Below, in pieces: positions 24,414-35,638 of a DNA stretch of 64,000 bases. The stretch comes from Azolla caroliniana (lineage: Eukaryota; Plantae; Polypodiophyta). The notes under the pieces are model-generated. The model was not told where the DNA came from, made no database searches, and was given only the letters and a program-made list of their open reading frames with translations. A program made the position numbers and the translations under genes. The stretch is taken from the NCBI GenBank assembly GCA_043228905.1, contig JBHGNT010000004.1, positions 9,300,001 through 9,364,000 of the forward strand, in the 5' to 3' direction. Position 1 is the first letter of the stretch; every line of letters begins with the position of its first letter.

Positions 24414-27400
24414 CTAGAAATATCATAGAAGAGTCAGAGCCTTTTAATATTGTCCTAGATAGTTTAGCGTGTGTAGTATCATTTAATATAATTAGTATCC
24501 CAAAACATCCCATTATTTTGGGATTACCATGGTTCGAATTACATAACCCAAACATAGATTGGAGAACAAGAGAAATCCGGTATCGACAAACCCGAGGATC
24601 TACTCATAAGATTGCAACCATTTCGTTACATCAGTTGCGTGAGGAAGGACACAAGGAAGAAATGTTTCTCTTCACAGTATCAGTAAAACCCTCCAACACC
24701 ACTAAACAAGAGTCTAGCATTCAACTTCCAGAGAAGTATCGTCATTATGCCGAGGTGTTCAATAAAGTACAAGCCAATATGCTTCCTCACTATCAACCGT
24801 ATGATTGCCCCATCGATTTACAACCGGGAAAAGAGCCACCATGGGGACCGATCTACAATTTTTCACCAATCGAGCTAGATGTCCTTCGAGCCGATATAGA
24901 GAAGAATTTGGCAAATGGTTTCATTCGACATTCAAAATCTTCATCCGACGCACCCATTTTCTTCGTCAAGAAAAAGGATGGATCACTTCGTCTCGTCGTA
25001 GATTATCGTGGCTTAAATAAGGTTACCATCAGGAATAGGTACAGACTTCCCCTTATCTCAAGTCTTTTAGAACAGATCAATGGGGCAAGGTTCTTCACAA
25101 AGATCGACTTATGAGGAGCATATAACCTCATACGGATCCGACCAGGAGATGAATGGAAGACCGCGTTTCTCACTAGATATGGGTAGTTCGAGTATACGGT
25201 TATGCCATTAGGCCTCACTAATGCGCCAACAGTCTTCTAGCACATGGCAAATGATATATTCTGAGATCTCTTGGATGTTTGTTTATTCATCTATTTGGAT
25301 GATCTACTGGTTTATTTGAAGACCCAAAAAGAGCATGATTCTCATGTACTGTTAGTACTAAAATGACTTCGAGAACATGGTCTTTATGCAAAGTTGGAAA
25401 AATGTAGTTTCGAGTGCAACCAGGTAGAATTTATGGGCTATGTCATTTCCTTAGAAGGCATCTCCATGGATCCGGCTAAGCTCAAAACGGTGGTAGAGTG
25501 GCAGATTTCGCGTTCATTGCAAGATGTGCAATGCTTTTTAGGCTTTGCCGGTTTCTACCACAAGTTTATACATGATTACTCAAAGCTTGTTCTGCCTCTC
25601 ACACAACTCACCAAGAAGGGACAATCGTTTGTTTGGTTTGAAGAAGCAGACATGGCTTTTGAGGGTCTTAAGAAGGCATTTACATGAGCTCCTATTCTGG
25701 CTCATGTTGATCCGGAAAAACTATTCATCATCGAAGCAAACGCGTTGGATTTCGTGTTGGGTAGCATTTTGTCACAACAAGGCGATGATGAAAAGCTCCA
25801 TCCTATGGCTTTCCACTCACGCAAGTTTGACGCCGCCGAAATCAACTATGAAATTCATGATAAGGAGCTATTAGCAATAGTGGACTCTTTTACGCAACAC
25901 AGGCATTTTCTAGAGGGATCCTCTCATCAAGTCACAGTATTCAGTGATCACAAAAACCTTGCCTACTTTTAGAGTGTTCGTGTGTTAAATCGACGTCAAG
26001 CTCGGTAGACCCAATTCCTCACGTGTTTCGACTTCAAAATTACATATCGTCCGGGGAAGCACCAAGGGAAGGCAGATGCATTATCACGGCGTTCGTATCT
26101 AGCACCGCGTCTCAGCGAGCCAACTTTCGATAACCAAAAGCAAGTAATCCTAGGACCAGCACGACTGCAAGTAACACAGGTCTTCGGAATGCCCTTGGAT
26201 TCCCACGTTATCGATACCATACGTGAGGACTTGAAGACAGATGCTTTCTCCCAAGCCACTCTAGCACAGTCTCGACCATCTTGTTCACAGTCGCAACAAC
26301 CAGGTACAGATTATCGACAATTCGAATGTCATGAAGGATTACTATTCTTTAAGAAGCTATTGTATGTTCCTAATGGTTCTTGTCGCCTTCGAGTAGTCCA
26401 AAACTGTCATGACACATATACATATGGGTATTTTGGTAGTACTAAAACATTAGATGTAGTACAACGATCATTCTAGTGGCCCCATATGCGACAATTTATC
26501 GAAGATTTTGTTCAGACTTGTGATAAATGTTGCAAAGAAAAAATGCCAAGGCATCATCCATATGGTTTATTAGAACCATTACCAATTCCAAGCAAGTCGT
26601 GGCAATCCATTGCCGTAGATTTCATCACAGATCTTCCGGTCTCTAAGGGATTCGATGCTATATTAACAATAGTAGATCGATATACGAAGATGGCCCATTT
26701 TTTGTCATGTACTAAGGAAATCTCTAGTGAGGAAACCATCGAAACTGTCATGCGTGAATTATGTGAGCATCATGGCCTTCCCGATAGTATCATCAACGAC
26801 TATGGACCCCAGTTCATCTCGATCTTTTGGAAGCATCTCTTTAAAATGCTCAAGATCACTTGTAAGCTCTCCTCCGACTACCACCCGCAAACAAACGGCC
26901 AAACAGAATGAACAAATCAAACGATGGAACAATATCTTCAATGCTTTCTAAGCTATCATCAAGATGAATGGGCAGATATTCTCCACTTCACTGAATTTGC
27001 GTATAATAACTCTGTCCACTCATCAACAAAGGTTACACCTTATACGGGTTGTCACCCTCGGTGGTGTGTATTTGAAACCCCAGAGTTATCCACAAATCCT
27101 TGCGCAGAGGATCGTTTGGAGCAGTTATGCAAGATACAAGGGAATTTATCTACTCATCTATATCAAGCTCAACAAACACACAAGGTTTACACGGATCGTC
27201 ATTGGCTTCCATCCAGTTTTAACATTGGAGATCAGGTATGGCTACTTCAACGACACATCAAGACTACTTGCCCATGCGAGAAGTTGGATTATCGGCAATT
27301 AGGTCCTTTCCGTCTTATCGGAAAAATTAATGATGTCACTTTTCGTCTCGATCTACCTCCACAACTTCGGATACATTCGGTGTTTCATAGTTCTCTCCTC

Positions 27401-27660
27401 GAACCCTATCAAGACAGCACCATGCCAGGTCGTATTAAACAACCTCGACCCCCTATCGAACTTGAAGATGGACCTGAGTACGAGGTTGTCCCCATCCTCG
27501 ATTCCAAGATTGTTCGCAACAAGCTCTACTATATAGTCTATTGGCTAGGATATAGTCCTAGCGAGTATACTTGGGAACCAATATAGAATGTCACCAATGC
27601 TCGTGCTCTTCTTGAAGACTTCGATTGTGAATATCTAGACAAACCGAGTCCTCAATCCAA
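24414..27660 (+). pseudogene. Element A pol (end of protease, RT, RNase H, integrase, chromodomain) with many stops
   Basis: [45 protein letters not shown], chromodomain. Confidence 0.92.
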
Positions 27661-27698
27661 AACGATTCGTGACACTCGTCGTTTTAAAAGGGGCATAG

Positions 27699-27921
27699 TG
27701 TCATGATATGGCAAGACTCGAACCCATGACCTTACATTACATGGGTCGAGCTCTTGACCTTTAGCGTGTGTTGTAATACAAAAAGTATTATTTTCATTTA
27801 AGTTTTACTATAGAGAATTGATGTATATTCCAGATTTCTCTAGAACATTCTAGAAACTTTAGGAGTACTCCTAAGAACACTATAAAAGGAGGCACAAAGC
27901 ATTATTTCGAACCAAATCGGT
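27699..27921 (+). repeat. Truncated 3' LTR of element A
   Basis: Homologous to 19-240. Confidence 0.88.
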
Positions 27922-30457
27922 ATCCTACGAGGATACACTTCTCCGACTTATGATCGAGCTTCTGTTGCTTTTCGTCAAGAATGTGCGCATATGCAAGTGA
28001 ACTGAATATTCTTACATGAGATAGATCTGGCTACTTCCCATAGTACTTTTCGTGTGGGGTAACCTCATGCACACCGTATGTTGTGCACCGGTTCATGAGG
28101 TAGACGGCAGTATTTGTTGCTTCCGCCCAAGCCCAATATGACTTTGGCATATTCTTTTTGTTCATCATGACCCATGCTACTTCGAGGATGTTTCGATTTT
28201 TGTGTTCGGCCACTCCGTTTTGTTCAAGTGTACTCACCGAATTCTTGCTTTCCAAAGAAAAGCCGAAAATTTGTCAGAGAAGTACTCTTTTCCGCCATCC
28301 GACCAAAGACATCGTACATGATGGCCGGTTGTCTTTTCGACTTCGCTTTTGAATTTCTGGAAGTGTCAGAACACTTCTCTCTTTTGCCGCATGGGGTAGA
28401 TCCAGGTGAAGTCGTTGATAAAGGCCACGTTGTCTGCTGAATGTAGTCGTTTGAGTTGGTCCCCATACATCAGAATAAATTACGTCGAGTACACCTTTTC
28501 TCAAGTTCCTCTCTTTTGGGAACGGGTGTTAGTGTTGCCTGCCAAATTGGCAGGCTGCACATACGCCTTCAATCTCCTTCTCTTTGAAGCTAGGGAGCTC
28601 GATGACGACTCCTTTCGATTGCATTGCCTTGAGTTTATTGAGATTGATCTGGTCAATCCTCTTGTGGCACAACTCTATGTCTGTGTTGACTTTGGTGCCT
28701 TTTGCCAATATGGCTGATTTTATCTCCTGCGAATCAAGAATGAACATTCGACCTTTCCTTCGACCGTGAGCGATGAGTCGACCCTCTTTTTCGATGAAGC
28801 AACTACCTTGGTTAAATCGAACTTCCATGCCTTGCTCCACCATTTGGCCGACTGAAGATCAAATTCTTCGTGATGGTCGGTACATGCAAGACATTCTTAA
28901 TGTAAGTTTGGTTACCTTCTTTGTTGATTGGAACATTGCCGATGTGCCGAATCGGATGAGTAGTGTCATCTCCGGTTTCCACATAGCCGGGTCCATCCAG
29001 CTCTCGAAGGTCTCGGAACCATTCTTGATGAGACATCATATGGTTCGAAGAATTGGAGTCGACAAACCATACATCTTCCGGACCAGATGAACTTGTCGAA
29101 GTAGAGGCTGACATAGAATATGCACTATGTCTCATCACGAACATTCCACCATGGTCGTTATAGTCAAAATTTGTGGCGTAGTTGGTTAGTTGTTGGCATG
29201 TGGAATCTGACTCACGCTTCTTCTTTCGGCACTCTTCTTCGTGGTGGCCGATTTTGCCGCAATATCCGCATTCGATAGAGGTTTTTTGGCTCGGGCCGGA
29301 ATGGAAGTTACCCCTTCTTTCGAAGGTTCCTCATTGGTTTCCGTCTTGTTGCCAAATTTAGGAGTTGTTTTCATATGTCAGACCTCGTTCGCCTCTTCCT
29401 TGGTTGAATCGGCCTCTTGCTCGGCCACATCCTCTTCCTCCATTCGAATGTGTGTAGAGCATGTGGCCTTTCGAGGCATTGCTCCTTGTTCAAACATGGT
29501 TTTCTTCAACCAACAACATGGATTGAAGATCGAAGAAAGAGGGAGAAGTCTCTTATGCTAGTATGGCGGTCCTCATTGTGCCAAACCGTGGTGCAAGGCC
29601 TCCGAGGCATATTTGCACCATCTCATCATCCTCCACATTCATGCTTATTGAGCCAATGAATCACAAAGCTCCTTGATCTTCAAGGTGTAGCTTGTGATGG
29701 ACCTGTCTCTTTATTGAATGTTGTTCAACTCTTGGCGAAGTTGACGCTTTTCATGCGATTGTGTTGGCCGCAAAAATCTTCCTAAGATTCTCCCATGCTT
29801 CCTTCGGCGTCTCGGCTTCTCGAATGTAGCCAAGCATGTGGTCATGAACACTTGTCGCCAAGAAATACATTACTCGACTCACCATTGCTCCCATGTTGAG
29901 TAGTCAGTGTCCTTTGGGTCAGGTTGATTTTCTTGTGCTCCTTTGATGTAGCTCCAATAGCCTTGGCCGACACAACACACACGGATGGGCTAGATCGAGC
30001 TATCAAACCACTCTGATACCATGTAAAGAATCGGGCATGATTCTGTGCAGTGGAAGAGATGTGTTGTGTGTGTGTGTGTGTGTGTGTGGAAAGAGGAGAA
30101 GAGGAGAGAAACACAAGATAGACAAGACAAAATAAAAAATGAAGTACTCAAGATTGTATATTAACAAGGAGAATATGAATTAAAAAATGTAGCATTACAA
30201 GGGAGGACAATCGACACCTTATGAAGAAGGAGGAGGGTGCTTTATATAAGGTCACTCTCTCTCTTCATTAACTCCACTACAACAACCACTCTCTCTTCGG
30301 GAATGTGAAGACTCCTTAGTTATGTGTCATAGAATATGATTCTATGACACATAGGTAATGTGTAGAGAGTAGTGGTGTGACTTTTGACCTTTGAGTGCTC
30401 ATAGATTCTCAAAGGGTGTGTTCACACACAAGGCTAGGTTGAGCTTTATTCTCAACA
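27920..30457 (-). mobile_element. Decayed Ty1/copia 5' half (LTR 30022-30457, PBS 30011-30021, gag-PR-INT)
   Basis: PBS TGGTATCAGAG; WFVDSNSSNHM, SDVWGP, EQNGVAE, KCILVGY; related to the copia at 60893-64000. Confidence 0.85.
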
Positions 30458-30900
30458 GTTGCTAATGCTTCAATGATCTCCTTGAGTAGAGAGTCCCCAT
30501 GTAGCATGCATGTTGCAAAGATATGGAATTGATCTGCCTTTAAGAAACATTGGGATTGTTGAGCATAGTCATCATCCCTTAGCTAGAGCTCAAATTCCAA
30601 CTGTCGAGAAAGTTTCATCACCCTCCATGTGTTATTTCCTAGGACAAAATAATATTTTGAAGTCATAATCAACTAAAAAAGTGAACCGAGGAGCATGGCC
30701 CCGACTCAATGTTCAAGCGGTTGAGAAGTAGGGTGAATTCTTGTGATGTCAGAGATTTAATGGAAGTGTCAAAATCCCCTTTCCAATTTATATTCGCTCA
30801 ATGTTCAGTAGGAATTCCCATCTTGTATGATAAGATGGTATTGGAGTTCCTTGGGTAGTGCAAATAGTGACATAATTGGCATGTGTTGAATGCCTTCATT
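30458..30900 (-). mobile_element. Highly decayed Ty3/gypsy pol remnant
   Basis: Minus strand FTFLVDYDFKI resembles the RNase H end of the chromoviruses in this window. Confidence 0.4.
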
Positions 30901-31987
30901 TTTTTATACTCAAGGTGGGGTTCAAAAATACGTTTGACATTTAAAAGGCACAATCTCTAGGTAATTCTCCTTGGGGAGAATTCTAGGAGGTTGACATGAG
31001 GAGTTTGGGTTGTATAGATTTGCAATGCATTGTATATTGTCTCCGATATTTGCATTGGTCGTAGTCCCTACATTTGATGATATAGGTCCATTATGAGATA
31101 TACAAAGATGAGGAATGTATAAGGGGCACTCTATGCCTTTTGTGGTGGGTCAATATGATATTCTATCCCTATTCATTTAATACATTAGAGTAACCTTGTG
31201 CATGTACACATGGTTATATGATTTTAAAGGGCAACACTTACTATTTTTATAGTACGAGAAGCTTATCCTAAAGAATAGAGAAAATAAAACCATTTTGTGT
31301 CTTATTACATAATACTTTTTACTAACAAACTAGGTTGACATATTTTATTGAACCAAACTATGATTTACCAATTGGTACATAATGTCATTTGCATTAAAGC
31401 TACAAGAGTTTATCAGAATGTTGACTCTACATTTCAAGTTAGAAGCCAAAATGATGATGTCATGCCAGTTGTGACTTAAGAGTTTAGATGACAATGGTTT
31501 GCGAGAAATAGATGTAGGAGTAAATTCATGAGAAACTATGCAAAGTTTCAAGAAGATATCCCAAGGTTTTCTGTTATAATCTCCAACAATCGCATTAACA
31601 TCGTATCTATTTGCAATGACTTTTGCAATGAGCCACACGGATGGGATATTCATTCGTCCATGACTCGAAATATCATAATCAGAATCCTGATCGTGGAGAC
31701 CACACACACAACAGAGATGGTACATTGTTTTGGGGTTTGGGATCGTGAAGGTCAGTCAGCCTACTTATTTATTATCCTATGGATCGTACACAAATGCATA
31801 TGTATGTACAACGTGAAGTAATGTGCTGAAATGATGTAGAAATGTAGTACATAACAATATGGTTGGGGTTTGAAGTACATACATTGATACATAGCAACCA
31901 CTCAACAACACGATGATGAGGAGGAAGGATATTATTTATTGATTGGAGGTCAAAGTGCTACTATTATTTTACACACAAACACACACA

Positions 31988-31995
31988 TATAAATA
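31988..31995 (+). promoter_or_regulatory. TATA box of the lipocalin gene
   Basis: TATAAATA ~80 bp upstream of the ATG. Confidence 0.6.
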
Positions 31996-32067
31996 CATAT
32001 ACATGTTGCGGCTCCTTTGCAACAAACACGCAAATACCTCCAGACATACACACACACACACACAACA

Positions 32068-33267
32068 ATGGCTTCTGCTGCTCATGCACTCATGTCTCTC
32101 ATCAGAATGGTGATGGTGGCTTGCTTCTTCTTCGTCGTCTGTGTGCAAGCCCATCCTCAGCATGGCTTCTGCACCAGGACGCATGGCACCGCCAAGGGCT
32201 GCCCCACACCCCCAACCTTCGACGCCATCAACCTCACGGCCTTCGCGGGCAGTTGGTTCCAGATCGGTATCAGCGCCAGGTCCCAGTTCAGGGACCAACC
32301 CGGCTCCGTTTGCGCCCGCGCCAAGTACGAGCTAAGGGGCCACTCCCCTTCACACCAAACCCTCTTCTCCGTCCTCAACAGTGCCCTCTCCATCCTCCGC
32401 CCCGCTGGTGTGGCTGACATCTATTATGCCGGCACCACCTCCTTCGGCGTCTGTAACTCTGCCCGAAGCTCGTGCCACGTCATCGGCCACATCAATGACC
32501 ATGCTCTTGAATTGCTCAAGGATCACCCCGCATTGTTGAAGAACGTGACGGACGCCGCTAAAATTGGAGAGGCAGCACTAGATTCTGCGGCCGGGAGGAT
32601 CGGCCACATTCAAGGCTATCTCAACCAGTTGAGTCAAGCCAATTACACGGTAAGTCTAGCAAACACCACAGAGAAGATGGAGGTAAATGCAGAGAAGCTT
32701 AAGGCGGAGGACGCTGGAGCTTTGCGGCTTGCAGGGAAGCTTCTGGAGGATGCGGGGAGGAAGGTCGAGGCAATGCAGTCAATGAAGGCGGTGGGGAAGA
32801 AGATAAGGCTAGCAGGGAAAGAGCTGGTGAAGAGCGCGAAGAATATCGAGAAGGGTGCGATACAGCTGCGGAAGACGGCACGGTCGCTGGCCAAAGGCAA
32901 CGGTAGATCGATCACGGTAGCACAAGGCGCCAAAGCGTACAAGGTGGAAGGCGAGGGAGTGCAGATTAAGGGAGGCAAGCTACAGGTGAAAGTGAAGGGG
33001 GAAGTGATTATGAAGCCATATTGGGTGCTGGCAGTGGACAGCCACAACGAAGCCGCGCTCGTGTATTCGTGCGTGAATGACAGCGATGGCAACATAGCGG
33101 AGAAATCCATCTTCATCATCGCCCGGTCGTGGAAACCCGACCCTTCGGTAGTGGAGGGTTTCCTGTCACTGGCCCAGTCATATGGCATCTCTTCAGACTG
33201 CGAGGATTCATTCTCCATGACCGTCCAGCGCGGTGGCTCATGCGGCCTTCCTCCCCATTCCATGTAA
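32068..33267 (+). CDS. Secreted apolipoprotein-D-like lipocalin with a ~185-aa helical insertion (399 aa, intronless)
   Basis: Plant Kozak context AACAATGGC; signal peptide ending VCVQA; SCR1 CPTPP...FAGSWFQIG; CARAKY; SVLN; after the insertion VEGEG...KLQV...PYWVLAVD...ALVYSC...FIIAR and a C-terminal Cys. No stops or frameshifts. Confidence 0.85.
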   Translation: MASAAHALMSLIRMVMVACFFFVVCVQAHPQHGFCTRTHGTAKGCPTPPTFDAINLTAFAGSWFQIGISARSQFRDQPGSVCARAKYELRGHSPSHQTLFSVLNSALSILRPAGVADIYYAGTTSFGVCNSARSSCHVIGHINDHALELLKDHPALLKNVTDAAKIGEAALDSAAGRIGHIQGYLNQLSQANYTVSLANTTEKMEVNAEKLKAEDAGALRLAGKLLEDAGRKVEAMQSMKAVGKKIRLAGKELVKSAKNIEKGAIQLRKTARSLAKGNGRSITVAQGAKAYKVEGEGVQIKGGKLQVKVKGEVIMKPYWVLAVDSHNEAALVYSCVNDSDGNIAEKSIFIIARSWKPDPSVVEGFLSLAQSYGISSDCEDSFSMTVQRGGSCGLPPHSM

Positions 33268-33559
33268 TGTAGAAGGAAGAAGAAGGAATGAAGTTCTCCT
33301 TCTCCTCATGGCTTTCAATAATAATAATAATAATAATGATGATGGTGACCGGCTCCTTTGTTCCTTTTTGAACACTTGTATAAGCTCAATGCGATTCCTA
33401 ACTCATAACCTCAATAGCTTCATAAACCACTACAGACATATTACCTACTATTAGTCTCCGCATCCCATCCCACACTGCTTTTGTATCAAGAAATGTCATG
33501 TTTCCTTTGCTTATCCCTGGGTGTTATCATCTTTTTATTGCAGGAATTCTATCTTTTAT

Positions 33560-35638
33560 TGCGTTGGTATTGGAATTCTTCTACAAACTCTTGGGTGTGT
33601 GTAGGAGTGTAAGAGACACAGAAGAAGCAGACACAAGAAGTACAAACACAACACTCGTATAGAGAAGACAATGGCTGGAATGGCTCTCTCTATTGATGAA
33701 TAATGCCAAAACTTAAGTAAGAGCTGAAATATATCCCTAAGTATTAAGTACCACCAGATATGAGTGAATGATGTATGTGGTAACGTGGGGAAAAAACCTC
33801 TAGCCAACACTAGAGTAAAAAGTGCCCATGTATAGGCAAAAGGTTCACATCAAAGCTACTCAAGGAACACATAAGTGTAACAAACCCCCCCTGGAGCGAA
33901 TGATGTGAACACATACAGGGAGTAACAAATCAACCCCAACAAGGCAACAAGGCAATAAGCCTAAAGCTTTACGAAAAGCTTCAAACTTTTCTCGTGGAAG
34001 AACTTTGGTGAATATGTCTGCCACCTTATCTTGTGTAGGCGCATATACCAAATCAATATCTCCAGCATGAAGGCGCTCTCTCACATACTGATAATGCACC
34101 TCAATATGTTTGGTCAGTGCATGAATCGACTCAATTGGGAAACTGCGTACTGTATATCCAACCTTGTATTGCCTGCATATATAAGACATCCCACAACTTC
34201 CTATAAAGAGAAGTATCAAATGCATAATTGGAATCGTCAACTGAGAACCTAAATACTGTCTCCACAGGTGTCGAAACCGGTTTGTCAAAACGTTGAAGTA
34301 GTTTTTCAACATACTTTCCTTGATGCATAATCATTCCCCCTCAATAGATACAAACTGGATGCCAAGATAGTAGCTCAGAAGATCAAGATAAGTGTGTCAT
34401 CAAAAGTACGTTGCACATTAGCCATAAGAATGTCAAGTTTTGCATGACATGACCCATCCAAGAGTATGCCATCAACATAAAGAACAAGCACGGTAAGATC
34501 AGCCCCATCTTTGCGTACATAAAGTGTGCTTTCAATTGGACTACATGTGAAGCCAAGAGCAATCAAGTGCTTATGGATTTTTTCATACCATGCACGTGGA
34601 GCTTGCTTGAGACCATACAAGGCTTTATGCAAGCGACAAACCATATGCTCTTTCCCTTTCATAGAAAATCCAGGAGGTTGCTTCACATAAACCTCTTCTT
34701 GCAAATCACCATTCAAGAAAGTTGCTTTTATGTCGAACTGGTGCACTTCCAACCTCTTTGGGTAGCCAATGCAACCACGGTACGAATGGTAGTCATGTGT
34801 GAAGTAGGTGCAAAAATTTCTCATAATCAATGCCATATTGTTCTGCATATCCTTTGGCAACCAATGTAGCTTTGTAGCGATCAATGCTACCATCAAACTT
34901 TCGTTTAATCTTGTAAACCCACTTAGTACCAATGGCATTCTTTCCTTTTGGCAATTCACACAACTCCCAAGTAGCATTCTTATATATGGAATCCATTTCT
35001 GATAGCATAGCACTCATCCAATGTGGATCATCACATGCATCTTCAAAAGTAAGTGGCTCCTCGTTACATGCTGTTGCAACAAGAGAATAATCCACAAAAT
35101 TACTAGATGCATGGCGAGAGCTTGATCTTGTTCTACCAAGTACTACCATGTAAAGGTGCACTCAATTTGTTGCCTTGCAAAGTTTTTTCCCACCACTTTG
35201 GCATTGTTTGTGCACTCTTGATAGACATGCGCTCATTATGTAATACATCTTCAATATGTACATCATGCATGGGCTGAATTTCATGCTCATTTTCAGCCAT
35301 GTTTGGCTGGACATTTCTTGCATTTTTAGCACTTATTTGCTGGAAATTTTCAGCCCTTTGAAGCTCACTTAGCTAGTCTACATGTCCATAGTCAACCACA
35401 CCACTTTGGAACAAAGGCATGACGTATCAAACACATCTTGTGAGCTAATTGTTGGCTGTTTTTTGCATTCAAGAAAAGGGAAAGCTCAATTTTCAGCAAA
35501 TACCACATCTCGACTCACAATAATTGTGTCCGTCAATAGATGGTACAAACGATATCCCTTACTTTCAGTGCTATAACAAACAAATATGCATTTCTTTGCC
35601 TTGTCATCAAGTTTGTGACATTGTTGTGATGGCACAAG
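33560..35638 (-). mobile_element. Decayed Ty1/copia 3' half (RT, RNase H, PPT ~33885, putative 3' LTR ~33560-33882)
   Basis: KWVYKIK, FLNGDLQEEVYVKQPPGF, LYGLKQAPRAWY, LYVDG, KHIEVHY, ADIFTK. The LTR end is uncertain. Confidence 0.8.

Larger units (their letters stand above)
19..27921 (+). mobile_element. Element A: Ty3/gypsy chromovirus (Tf1/sushi/Tcn1-like), decayed; split by the 22.4-kb nested block 2009-24413; 3' LTR truncated
   Basis: 5' LTR TGTCATGATATGG at 19 recurs at 27699 after PPT AAAGGGGCATAG. Order is gag, protease (resumes exactly after 24413), RT (YLDD), RNase H, integrase, chromodomain (EYEVVPILDSK...WLGY...TWEP). Confidence 0.92.

Noticed and set aside
31345-31821. Short ORFs upstream of the lipocalin
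   Set aside because: No recognisable motif; probably intergenic or decayed TE sequence.
32017-32067. N-terminal extension of the lipocalin ORF from a TTG start
   Set aside because: CA-repeat 5' UTR. The ATG at 32068 has a strong plant Kozak context and precedes the signal peptide.
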